Below are positions 23,484-36,035 of a stretch of DNA of 64,000 nucleotides, piece after piece. Positions within the stretch are counted from its first letter, which is position 1, and the number at the start of each line of letters is the position of its first letter. The notes under the pieces were generated by a model. It had not been told where the DNA came from and made no database searches. It was given only the letters and a program-made list of their open reading frames with translations. A program made the translations under genes and the position numbers. The DNA is from Vermamoeba vermiformis (taxonomy: Eukaryota), in NCBI GenBank assembly GCA_045837725.1, contig JBEWZL010000041.1, positions 1 through 64,000 of the forward strand, written 5' to 3'.

Positions 23484-26400
23484 ATGCGCGTTGTAAATAT
23501 TTTATGCGTGTTGTTACTGGTACTGATCTTGGATCCAGCGTCCTGTCAGCCAGCAAAGAAAATATTAGTCTACTCGCAAGACAATTCTCCATTCAATGTC
23601 GCTCTCCCTGGTGCGCGCAAAGCCTTGGGTGACCAAGCTTTAGTGCGAAATTGGCATATGGACTTCAGCCAAGATGTCGGATCTTTTGTGGACAACACTC
23701 TCTTCCAATATGACGCCGTAGTGTTCTTACTCACTAATGGTGTTGCCCTCAATGCCGACCAAAGAGCTTCGTTGCAGCGATATATTAAGGCTGGTCGTGG
23801 ATTCGCTGGTATTTCGTCGGCCAATTTCAACAATGCTGATTGGGACTGGTATAAACAACTCATTGGTTCTAGCATTCCTGCCGACAAGCCCTTCCTTTCC
23901 CTCCAAAATGCGCAAGTTCGAGTGCCCGACAGAGTGCACCCCTCTACAAGAACTTTGCCGGAATATTGGCCTCGATCGGACATCTGGTAAGCGTTTTTAC
24001 TGAAAATTTCGGCGTAAAGACGCCTTAGTAGCGATGTTTTGAATTCCTCATTGCGATTACTTTACCAAATTACACCTATTTTTACGTATATTAGGAATTT
24101 TTTCTAATTTCAACCGACGTTGACGAATTTAGTTGAGATCTACCAACTTATTAATCGTTTACGCACTGTCCAACTCGCTTAAATGCTGACACTATATATT
24201 CAGGATTGATTATGATGTCTCTCCTCGCCTCAATGCTCACGTTTTAGCAATCGTAAATGAGAGATCGTACACTGGAGGCTCGATGGGCCCAGATCACCCA
24301 ATCGCTTGGTGCCAATTATACGACGGTGGTCGTTCATGGTAAGTCATAATAACAATGTTTTACTATCGCCTCGAATTGGGCCAATACGAAGGATCCGAAC
24401 ACAAGTCAGTAAGAAATTTCGAGTGTTTTTGGCTGACTCGTCTTTGTGTTCTACTTCGGATTAATATTAACCTTGATCTAAATAATGTTTGCATGCATTA
24501 AAGATTATAAAGAGGCAAACAATACCGATTTGGAAAATAAGATTTTAAAGAGTGATCGGATCTAATCGTATTTGAATAGGTACACTAGCGGAGGAGGTGT
24601 AGCTGCTGCTTGGACCGAGACTGAGTTTGTTGGTAAGTTTGCCGATAGTTTTTCGGCACTGACGCCGCGGTTCACTTGCGTAACGATACGTTGAGCAAAT
24701 TTGATATAGATCTCACTACAACATATCAGTTAGTTCACATTATTGAAACGTTTGTGTTTTTGGGGTCACTATGATATTGCAACACTGATTCATAATCAAA
24801 ATATGAAACTAATGGCTCCGTTTGGCAGGTCATGTCGTGCAAGGTATTTCTTGGGCTAGCGGAGAAAGCGCCGGTGACTGCACTGCTACCGTAAATGCTT
24901 ACTATGAAAAACGAGTGGTCGATACTACCGCTGAAATGGTAATTACGATGGAATTCCAGTTTACTGTCGAACCCAGAAACTCATCCGAACTTTTTCAAAT
25001 TTTAGCCTATGGAATTGGCTCCTACTCCTGATGGCCGCGTCTTATATATTGAAAGAGCTGGTAAGCTCAAGATCTACAAGCCTGACGCAGACACTACTGT
25101 TCTCGCCGGCAAGTTGGATGTAAACTACAACTTGGAAGATGGTCTTTTGGGCTTGGCACTTGACCCTAACTTCGCCACTAACAATTGGATCTACTTATAC
25201 TACACTCCTAATGGTCAAACTCCCGAAAATATTCTTTCTCGCTTCACTATGAACGGAGATCAGCTGGACATGGCTAGCGAAAAAGTTATGCTCCGCATTC
25301 CTACTCAACGATTGATGTGCTGCCACTCTTCGTAAGTCAAATATTAATATTTGAATACCTGAAAATTATTCGCAGCATGAATAAGCAATATTTAAACGAA
25401 AAGTTGGAACTTAGCTAATTCTCCGAATTTTCTAGCGGTCATTTGTTATTCGACCAAGCAGGACATCTCTTCATGACTATTGGTGATAACACTAGTCCTT
25501 ACGGTTCAGATGCATTCTCCCCCATTGATGAGCGTCCTGGTCGTTTCCCTGGTTACGATGCTCAAGGAACTGCCGCCAATACTAATGACTTGAGAGGAAA
25601 GATCTTGAGAATTAAGCCCGAATCCGATGGTACTTACAGCATTCCTCCTGGTAACTTATTCCCTGGTACGTACTGGATGCGGATGTGGCCGAAATGAACA
25701 AGTTTTAATCTTCATATTATTAGCTGATGGAAGCCAAGGCAAGCCCGAAATTTACATTATGGGTGTCCGTAGTCCTTTTCGTATGGCTATCGACCCTCTC
25801 GACAACACTTTGTACTGGGGTGAAGTCGGTCCTAACGCCGAAGCAAATCCACTTCGAGGTCCTACTGGTGTTGACGAAATTAACGTCGCCAGATCTGCTG
25901 GTAACCACGGCTGGCCTTATTGCATCGGAGATAACAAGCCTTACATCGATTACGACTTCGCTACTGGTGTATCTGGTAAACCTTACGACTGCAGCAATCC
26001 TGTTAACGACTCTCCGAACAACAATGGTGCTCGTAACTTGCCTCCTGCTCGCCCTGCTCTTATGTGGTACAATTACGGTTACTCAGCTGATTGGCCCGAA
26101 TTTACTGACGGCAAAGGTCGAACTTGTAAGTCAAGATCCGGATCTTCCTCTCGAATTGGTACTAATGATTTATTATAGCTATGGCTGGTTTCTTCTATCG
26201 TTACGATGCCAACTCTAAGGCTCCTTACAAGTTGCCTCAATATTTCGATAACACTTTGATCCACATGGAATGGTCGCGTAACTACTTGACTGAAATCAAG
26301 ATGGACTCCAACAACGCTCCTTTGTCTCTTTCTAGAATCTGGACTTGGACCGGCGATGCTACTAAGGAGTGGCACGCACCAATCGATATGGTGCTCCATC

Positions 26401-29139
26401 CTGACGGATCCATTTACATTGCTGAATGGGGTATTGATTTCCAAGGCAGTCAATCTCGCATTAGCAGACTCCGATACCAATTGCGAGGCCAAGATCCTGT
26501 TTGCGTCATCACCCCCTCTAAGAATGCTGGTGTTTTGCCTCTCGAAGTTACTTTCTCAGCTGAAGGATCTGTCGACTACATGGGCGGATCCGTTACCATG
26601 AAATGGGACTTCAATCTCGACGGCAATCCCGATGCTGAAGGTATCTCTGCTAAGCACACATTCAACACCCCTGGTATTCAAGTCGTCAAGTTGATTGTGA
26701 CCGACAGCGCTGGAAGAAGCTCCGGATGCACAGCCTCAATTATTGCCGGCAACGACCCTGCTAAGATTACTTTGGACATTCCTGTTCCTGGTAGCATCTT
26801 CAACTGGGGTGACACTATCCCTTACCGCGCACGCGTTGACGATCTTGAAGACGGTAGCACTGCGTAAGTCCCTTACAAAATTTTATCAATTTTATTTCCA
26901 CGAAGCTAACTCGACTATTTTAGCGCTAATCCTCCTACTATTGACTGCTCGAGCTTAAACGTTCTTCCTGGCCTCGGCCACGATCGTCACACTCACTCTG
27001 GTTTGACTTTCGAAGGTTGCAGCGGTCAAGTCGTTACCTCATCCGAAGGTCACGACACGAGTACTGACAACTTGTACTTCGTGCTCGACATTCACTACAC
27101 TGACCGTGGTGCTCCTAACAACGTTCCTAGTATCACCTCACGAGTTTCATTGGCCTTGCACCCCGCCATGACTTTGGCTGAGTACTTCACTAACTCCTCG
27201 GGCACTGCCTTGACGACTCAAGGTGACGGCCCTGGTCAACAAAAAGTCAACGACATTAACGACGGTGATTGGTTGATGTTCTCTGACTACAGTTTGCTCA
27301 ACATTGACACCGTTACTGTTCGTGCTTCATCTGAGAACCAAGGAACTGTTGAGTTCAGAATTGGATCTCCTACCGGTAGACTTCTTGGATCTGGTGAGTA
27401 ATCCACGCAATTTGGCTTACGAACAAGTATTAATATTATCGCTCTAGTCGCTGTTTCGAACACTGGTGCAAATACCTTCCAAGACTTCACTAGCCCAATT
27501 TCTGACTCGCATCAATACATCCAAATCGAATTCCCCTCGCAAACAACTATTTCCAAGTTGACCCTCAACTCTGGTGCCAACGATTACCCTGCTCGTCTTG
27601 GATTGATGATTGCTCGTAACATGGGCGAACCGAATCCTTATGGTGATCCCGTTGACTTTGTCGCTATTCAAGACGGCGCTGAAACTACGACTTTTGAATT
27701 CATTCCTCCTTTGAGCGACATTAAGCGTAAGTATTAGCAAAGCTTAATATTTCTGTACGATGATAGGGCTAATAATATTGTTAGAACTTCGTGTCTATCA
27801 ATTGGGTAGTGACGCTTCTCGCACTTGGGCCGTTCATGAAATTATTGCTCTCGACTCTGACGGCAATATGATCGATACTTCTGGCTGGAACTTGGCCTCG
27901 ACTTGCAACAACGACGGCAATGAGCTTAAGCAGGCCATTGACAACAACCAAGGCACCGCTTGGAGCTGCAAAGAGCCTATTGCCCCTGGTACTCAGAACT
28001 TGTTCTTGGTGTTCAAGGCCTCCAGTGGCAACAAAAACAACTTGATGACTTTGCACTGGTTCAGATTCAACGGCCGTGGTGTTGCTGGCACTTCAACTCT
28101 CGTCAAGGCCATTGACTGTGGTTTGACCGACGCGGAAAGCTTCACTGGTTCCGACTCCGTTGTTTACTCCGCTGACATGTACTACTCTGGCGGTGACACT
28201 GTCAAAGAAGTTGAATCGATTACGCGTACCACCGACGATCTCTTGTACGGCACTCAACGTGTTGGCAAGGAGTTCACTTACGCCATTCCACTTGACAATA
28301 ACCAACCGTACCAAATCACACTTAAATTTGCCGAGCTTGTCCACAACACTAGCGGCAAACGAGTATTTGATATCTATGGAGAAGACAGAATGATGGTGTC
28401 TCAGTTCGATATCGTCAAGTCCATTGGAGACAGATACACGGCCATCGATCTTGAGCGCACGGTAGTTCTTCACGACGGTACTCTCAATTTGAAGTTCTCG
28501 GCCTCAGTAGACCAAGCCAGCATTGGTGCCATCGTCGTCTCGAAGTTGTTGCAAAGCTCTCGTATCACACAGATCCCTGGCATGATCAAGGGCTCGTACT
28601 ACCGTGATGGTGGATCTGGTATTGGCTATGTCGACGCTACTCCTGGTAACAGCGGAGGTGGTTGCAGAGCTGATGACGTCGATCTTAAGTCGTTCAACAA
28701 CCCAGCGAGCAACTGTTACGTCACTGACATTGAAAGTGGCGAGTTCTTGCAGTACGATCTGGATGTCGGAGTTGATGACGTCTTCAACATCGAATTCCGA
28801 GTCTCTTCTAACGACAAGGATACCAAAACCTTCGAGATCTATTTGGACGATCAAGCTATCACCGACACTGTTCAGTTTAGCACTGATGGATCTGAATCCA
28901 ACTGGATCACCGTGCAAACTGAAACCAAGACCACTTTGAACCGTGGATACCACTTGCTTAGAGTTGTGGCTACTTCTTCAAACTGGAACTTCGACTCGAT
29001 GAACTTCATTTCTAAGAACGGATTGACTCCAAGCTCCTTGTCTCCGACCACGAACAACAACCAAAGCAGCCCTGCCGTATCACTATTGACTCAACTTAGC
29101 TATGGATTGGTTGCTTTGATCTTCGCGATGATGGTTTAA
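23484..29139 (+). CDS. Secreted, probably GPI-anchored multidomain protein: ThuA-like + glucose/sorbosone dehydrogenase (GSDH) propeller + PKD + CBM6 (with inserted F5/8C) + malectin + CBM6
   Basis: Signal peptide; ThuA-like YDAVVFLLT...DHPIAWCQLYDGGRSW; GSDH EDGLLGLALDPNF, CCH, DLRGKILRIKP, GNHGWPY; PKD WDFNLDG; malectin ITLKFAEL...GKRVFDI; CBM6 IESGEFLQY. Ends with an S/T linker and hydrophobic C-terminus. About ten GT-AG introns. Confidence 0.9.
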
Positions 29140-29374
29140 GATAGAAACGTCTTTCGTACGGACAATTTTGAAACATTTTTTTTGCTCTTGTGTACATACT
29201 TTTTTGTAACTTTTATAAATATTTAAAACCTAATCGTTGTGCGCCTTCAGGAGTATGTATTGGCATCGCGACAATTTGGTTCTCACCAAAAAAAATTGAG
29301 CGGTAAATTTTATCTCGAGAAAATTATTTGCCGTTACTAAACACAACATATCAAAGCTTTTAAGCTAGATAGCC

Positions 29375-31291
29375 ATGTCTAACAAACGAAAGATCGAGGA
29401 TGACGACGTAGATCTGCCAAACAAGGTTAGAATTTAATAACAATAATTTTTCTTTCAAAAATGTAATAGAAACGTTTCTTTAGCGCCAAAAAATCGAAGA
29501 AAAATCAGACAACGATGATGCATCAAAAGAGGACGATTCTGAGGATTTAAACTCTGAAGACAGCCGATCAGATTTTCACGATTACCAAATCAGAGATTTA
29601 TTGGCGCCGCATGAGCTCTATATACTCAAAAAAGATCCACTAAACAAGGAAATATTCGCAGACGTCTATAGCAACGATATTACAAGACAACGAAAGCGAG
29701 ATCTAGATCCTGCACCGTTGTTTAGTACATCCGATTTGCTCCTTCCAATAGATACGATTGCATTAGTACTGCAACATTGTAGTGCCGATACCATATTATG
29801 TTTTTCTATGACAGCCAAAGCAATGTTGCCAATTATATTTCGAGCGCGCAGATGGCGGCTTCCACACGATCTCAAGAACTTTTACTTCAATCGAGATCAG
29901 CAACGATATAATATCAATATCAAAGACGATGTTGACTGGATTGAGGAGTATAAGCGGAACAGTTTCAATGCCAAACGGATTCAAGATCTGATCCAAGAAA
30001 TTTCGAGAAAGATAACGGAGCAGCCTGATATTAGCTGGAAAGATGAAAATGATAAGAATTTACTTTATCCTGGGCTATCAGATGACGAGATCGATGAATG
30101 GGAGCGAAAAAATAATTATTTGTTGACGAACGATCTACGCCAACTTTACAAGGTAGGTTCAAAATTAAAGAGTATATTCTATAATAGCGTCAATAATTAT
30201 AGTGTTGTAATGGTGCGAAATTTCGTATGGTCGATTTGGAAGGCGAAAAATTGATGGTTGATTACTGGCTGCAAGTACCAGATTTTTTCCTGCCAAAGCT
30301 CGAAAACGTAACCGTCAGCAATGAATTTTCACTGAAAAGATTAGAAACTGCAGCAGCGGATGGAATTTACTTTGATGAGATGGAGCATTCAGATGATGAC
30401 GAGGTGTATGAAGATACAAATTTTTTGACGGAACTTGATCCGCGGATCTATCATGATCGCCTGCAGCGGGAGAAAGTTACATTGACTGAAGACGATTTCA
30501 AAAGCGACGAATCAGACGAAAGTTATCGCGAAATTTCAAACGATGGAGACCATAAGATGAACGAGTACGCTCAAGAAACATTTACTAAACAAGGCGACAG
30601 TGACGGGGAGTCATCGGAGAATTCTTCGGAGTATTCTTCGGAGAATTCTAGCGACGGAGAAATTCTACCGAACGACAATGGGTTGAAAATAATGCTGAAC
30701 TTTGGCCAATGCAGGGACATTTCAAATCCAGACGATCCTTGGAACGAAGCAGGAACGTATGAATTAATGTACGAGCCTATTATGGGTTGTATATACACCA
30801 TCATGCGAGTATTGCCGTCGAAACAAGTTTGTTTTGCAAATAACTACAGATCCATCGTGGAATGGCTCCAGGAAATTTCCGATCACTTAGATGATCCGCG
30901 ATCTCATTACTGGGTAGTTTCAATCCCACGCCACGATGGTCCATTTCTTATTTTGAACAAAGATCCTTGGGGCTGGCGAACTCTCGACACCGATCTCGGA
31001 GATTTTTGGGACAAATTTCCGTGGGCGCTGATCTGCGCTGAAATATTGCAGTATAATTATTTCGACAATGAATTATTGTATATGCCTCCTAGATGCAACA
31101 AAATGCTAGCAGCAGCAGCTCAAGAGTTCATGGTCAAAGTTTTTGAACGAGCCAATCAGCTCGAAACAAGCGATCATCTTCGTGCTGAAACACTCGCTGT
31201 GGCCGCTAAAGAATTAGGACTGAGTGGATACGAGAAAATAAGTTTCAAGAGATTTTTCCACACTGGAGACGATAAAATTATTAAGTTGTAA
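29375..31291 (+). CDS. F-box + SMI1/KNR4-like domain protein
   Basis: F-box LPIDTIALVLQHCSADTILCFSMTAK. SMI1/KNR4-like LYPGLSDDEIDEWERKNNYLLTNDLRQLYK(CCNG). Three exons. Confidence 0.7.
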
Positions 31292-31566
31292 AACGTTTCA
31301 GTATCATTGTAACGAGTAAGATATTTGCAAATAAAATATGTTTCTAAGAATTTACAAGGAATATCTTGGCTGGGAACGAATTTTTGCTTGGGTCCCTTGT
31401 TAATGCATTAACAAAATTTCGATGCGCAACAATCATTATTATCTTCTATTGTTTCACTAATATTAGCAACACATAGCATCGTGAAAAGTTATCGTACCCA
31501 GTCGCCAGAGGAAGATTTCTGGTGGTAAGATCACGAACCGAAAAATTTCTCAATCAGCAATGCTGT

Positions 31567-33657
31567 TTATTCTGCGTCCATACCCTCGGATATAGGCCAT
31601 ATATGATAACAATAGGTCCTATCAGCGATATCAAGGTAGCCTCTAATCCCATCCGGTGCGATCCACGCAGATTTATCTCCTAAAAAGTAAAAACATAAGA
31701 GCATGAAATTAATTTATAATAGGTAATGCTAAATTACCTAACATATTAATAGGATGCACATTGACATTAGCGCATTGTAAAAAAATTTGTTCGTTTTCTT
31801 TTTCGAAAAATACGGATGCGCTAACTTGCTTCAGTCTAGTACGGTGAACTAAAAATCCGGTCCAAGAGGAAATTCCGCTTAATACTTCAGTATTAATTTC
31901 AATAGGAGGTATCATCCAGTCTTTCATATATTCTTCGTTGAAATTGTAGTCAACGTCTTTTGAAATCAGATCGGCTTGTAAAAGTTCAGATCTACTCGCT
32001 GAAAAATAATTCTCTCGCTTTTTCCTAATATGGTTATTGTTATTATTTTCGTCATAATAATATCATTTAATATTGTACCTGAGTTCCAAAAAAGTATGGT
32101 TTTGTGGATGTAGCGCACGACAATGAGCACACAAGTCACAATTTCGCTTATTATGCGAGCATATCATACATCGATATACTGCGCCATAAAGAGGATATGC
32201 TTCGCAATTCGAGCAGCTAGTCAAATGAACCCTCGTGATCGGATCTGCATCCGGACGAAAAATTTTAATTTTGACAATACTATTATAAATATATATATAC
32301 GACTTACTATTTGTTATTTGACGTAATCCAGTCGTAGGATGTTTGAGGAAATTATTAGCTCTTAATACGAGATATTCTTCTTTAGGTGCTTTGAAATAAC
32401 ATTCGCCGCAAAATTTTTTCATGAAATTGCTGGACTCGCTAGCGTACCTAATATAGTAAATAATAATAAGACCTATATATAATTATAATAGTAGTATTAA
32501 TAGGGTAATAAATGATCTTACAAAAGAGATCCGGTGATTGGTGATTTTGAACAAAGGCTGCATTTGTCTCCATGATGATCATTTACTAATATAGCAATGT
32601 TAAATAACTGGTAGTATTACCAAATAAGGAAATTATAGTACTTACGATCTCGCAAAGGCAGGTCCAACATTGCATCCACGGCTCGTTTTCGGTCTGAATG
32701 GTCCAACCTTGGCCAGTCTTGAAATGCGAAGAGAAATTTCATTAAGCCATAATTTTCAATTATAATCTTGTTTCTATCATCTGCAAATGAAAATTTGATG
32801 AGTAAAATCGCCGATCTAAATCCACATCTCCAAAAAAATTTTTCATACCGGTTATTAATAACTCAATAAATTCTAGGACCATGTAAACATCTCCTTTAAT
32901 ATTGCTAAAAAATATATGATGTACTTCAAGGTCAACTAAGATTCTGACCGCAACTCCGGGATCTGATCAGTGTCAAAAATTTTTTGTTAGAAATGACTAT
33001 AAAAACCTAATAATAAGAAATATGAGGAAGATTATACTAACATTTTTCGATTAGTGCCTTAATTGCTTTAAAGTCTTCATCGGAAGGAGCAGTTGGTTTT
33101 AGTCTCTCGATCTAGTTCGCGAAATTAATCTCGCAAATAATGCAAGTAATAAATAATGGCCTCGTATACTTACCATTTTGTTTACTTCAATAAAGCAAAG
33201 TTCATACGATAACAAAACGTCCTTGTAGTCGATCGGATCTGAGTTGCTTTCCAAAAAATTCTTGTCTCGGATGCTATTGAATCTGCAAATATTTATTAAA
33301 TACATATTTAATTATTACTTGTAATATTCGGGACGGGAGGATGAGATTCTTGAATGTAGGATAAAATAAAAAATCGATAATTATTTTTAAAAATTATGTA
33401 AAATCTTACCTTTGCTTAAATAATGATATCCAAATTACCTTAGAATTACACAGCTCTTTGAATATTTTTTTCGTTCGTGCCATTCGAAATACGTGAAGCA
33501 GATCAAGGTATTCAAAAATATGTTCCAAAATCTCTATAGGCAAGGCTTCGATAATAGACTCGTCATTTTCAGTAACACCGTCAATATTTGTTAAATCATC
33601 ACTAGCAATCGGATCATTTGGAAAGACATGTTCGTCCGTGTTGTTCCATCCGTCCAT
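31567..33657 (-). CDS. F-box + ZZ-type zinc finger protein
   Basis: F-box LPIEILEHIFEYLDLLHVFRMARTKK. ZZ finger HLTSCSNCEAYPLYGAVYRCMIC...CDLCAHC...HPQNHTF. Additional CxxC pairs. Multi-exon. Confidence 0.8.
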
Positions 33658-33852
33658 TCGTGCATTACAAGATTGAACGATGAGCAAGTTATATACTTAT
33701 GTTTGAAAGGGGCAAAAGTACTTTTTGATTTAAAAGAATACATGCGTAATTTACTTCATTGCTACAATACTTTTACTCGGTAAGTTCGGATCTGATACTT
33801 TACATAATTGTAACAATTACTATTAGCCTAATGTTATAAATTTACAGTAATT

Positions 33853-35586
33853 TTACAAGAATGAATCAACAGGTTGTATTTCCGTGCGATACGAGTCGAA
33901 GATGGACTTGACGAGTGGTTCAAATGACTTCAATCCTGGATAACGAACGTAACTGAAGATTAACTGCCAAATCTCACGAGGGAGCTGCATGAATAAGTCA
34001 CTTCGAGCAATGGCGTGCATGATTACTGCTGTGTCTTCGTATCGTTGTTTAATTAACTCGGAATTGCGTCGTGAAATTTCGGGTCCATTACTGATGTACG
34101 TGCATTCTATTTTTGTAAGCACGTAGTTATTTTCCAACGCTTTGATTAGAGCTAACTGTGTTTCTTTGTTAAACGGCTGGAACGAATGTACTGACAGTTC
34201 GCGCAAGGTCTCGCTGGTGTTTATAATCTCTATCAATTCGTTCGAGTGTATTCCACCAGCTGCTTTAATAGACAGCGCTTTTAACGTAGTGTTTTGCTTC
34301 ATGATGTTGCTGTAGAACTGCGGAAGTTGTTCGCTCAGATTATTCATGTTGACACGTGTCATTGATCGTCAACGCTTGTTCGATGTCTTGCTGAATCTCA
34401 CGCGAGAATCTTCCAGCAAGCGAAGGGCTTTTGAGAGTCTTATTGTTCTTAATCAAATTGTCCAAGTGCTTTAAATCGCCCCGTGGGGTTAATGTCAGAT
34501 CTGTGATGGATGCGTTCGCCGAAAGTGCCAAGAGCAGCGCGTCGTGGAATTCTTTTTCTGAAAATTTGAGTTTTCCAAGTATTTCTAGTTTGCGAAGTGA
34601 CTGAATTGTCTTCAAGAATTGCATGAACGGCGTTGCTGAGCCAGAAATGAACACATCGCAAAGTGTCAAACTTTTCACTGAACAGTTGACTGTCAATCCA
34701 TCGAAGAATCTTTGCAATGCTTCTGAAGGCTCGGGCGCGACATCTATTGAATCGAGACGTATCTCGGTGAGTGTCCTGTTGCTTTTCAAACAATCCCCAA
34801 GTGGTCCAATGTCAAGCTTAGTGTCCTGTTTGGTCAATAGACCCAAGGTTACAGATGGTCTAATAAGGCTGAGAACTGTCACTGACTTGTTGTGCTTGAG
34901 ACCCTCGGCCAATGATTGCATTTCTTGAGCCGAAAGAAAGCAACACACTTTGAGCTCAGTGATGACATTGTTGATGGTCAAAAAGTTGAAAAAGTTTACT
35001 GCTGCGTTTGCGTCTATCGCGGTTTGGAAACTCTTATCGCTCCAAAATGAAGGTTCGTCGCTAATTTCCAATTTTTTGATCATTTTGTTGCGCGCAAGAC
35101 CGTGTGAAAGCTGCCTCCAATCGTTGGGCACAGATCGATCTAAATTGGCTTTTAAATTCGTAATTGAAGTGTTGTTACCAATAGCCGCATATAAGTAGCT
35201 GCGATTCGTACCATGGCTCGCCGAAAAAGTGAGATCCAGTGTTTTAAGCGTAGATGTTTGAGACAATGCAGATCCAAAGCACTTGAAATCACATTTGAAC
35301 GGAAAATTGTGCGACAAAATAAGAGTTTCGATTAAATATTCATTCGTTCGGAGGGTTTGAGCTAGCCACTCTTCGAAACGACTCGCATCTGCGATTTCAG
35401 TGTCCACCTCCGTTCGCTTGAGTATATCTGACCGCTGTAAATATTCATATGCGTTTCTAGAACCATTTCCTGTGATTTTCTGATTTATGCAAAGCTGTTA
35501 GTATTTTTTGAATTATTTTTGACGAAGGATCTCCTTACCACCCCAAAACATCGGCCAAGCCTGGTAGCAATAACCTTTACATTCAT
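33853..35586 (-). pseudogene. RNI-like leucine-rich repeat protein with C-terminal F-box-like motif; frameshift near 34355
   Basis: Repeats of the type LAEGLKHNKSVTVLSL and LGDCLKSNRTLTEIRL. ORFs 34340-35407 and 33853-34362 overlap in different frames with no intron between them. C-terminal LPREIWQLIFSYV. Confidence 0.7.
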
Positions 35587-36035
35587 CGCGAGGTAATATT
35601 GCTGTATTTGGACAATAAAATACCATCATTCTGAATAAGCAGGTTGGGGACTAGGTTTGGGACTCGATCCTGAAATTAGATCAGAGTCCCCAGTCCTGTT
35701 ATCGAAGCATTGCAAAATCTTGAAGATGATAATAATATCTTAAGCGTGACATCTATTTAAGAAAGCGATGTATGTCCGCCAACCCGAAATCAAGATCGGA
35801 TCTTATAGTCCGCAATGCTATTCTTCATAAGGTACCGGCTGCTGTGCTATTTCTGGTACAGAAAGGCAAACAAATAGCACATTTACGACAGAACCACTGT
35901 CGCGGCTGAGCTCAAGATTTTTGTCATTGGATTTTTTGTAATCGCTTTTGGCAACTTTTAACGGCGCTAAAGGACTTATTGTTGAACACGAGGAAAGTGC
36001 ATTAATTGCGGTTGTAAGAAATATTTAATTAGAAG

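Noticed and set aside
23570-28953. Numerous minus-strand and alternate-frame ORFs
   Set aside because: Shadows of the codon-biased ThuA-GSDH gene.
23484-29139. Bacterial contamination or chimeric contig
   Set aside because: The gene has many canonical spliceosomal introns in the same style as flanking eukaryotic genes.
30612-30650. 12 bp tandem repeat (tcggagaattct-like) as a CRISPR or satellite
   Set aside because: It encodes the low-complexity SENS/SEYS peptide within a CDS and has no spacers.
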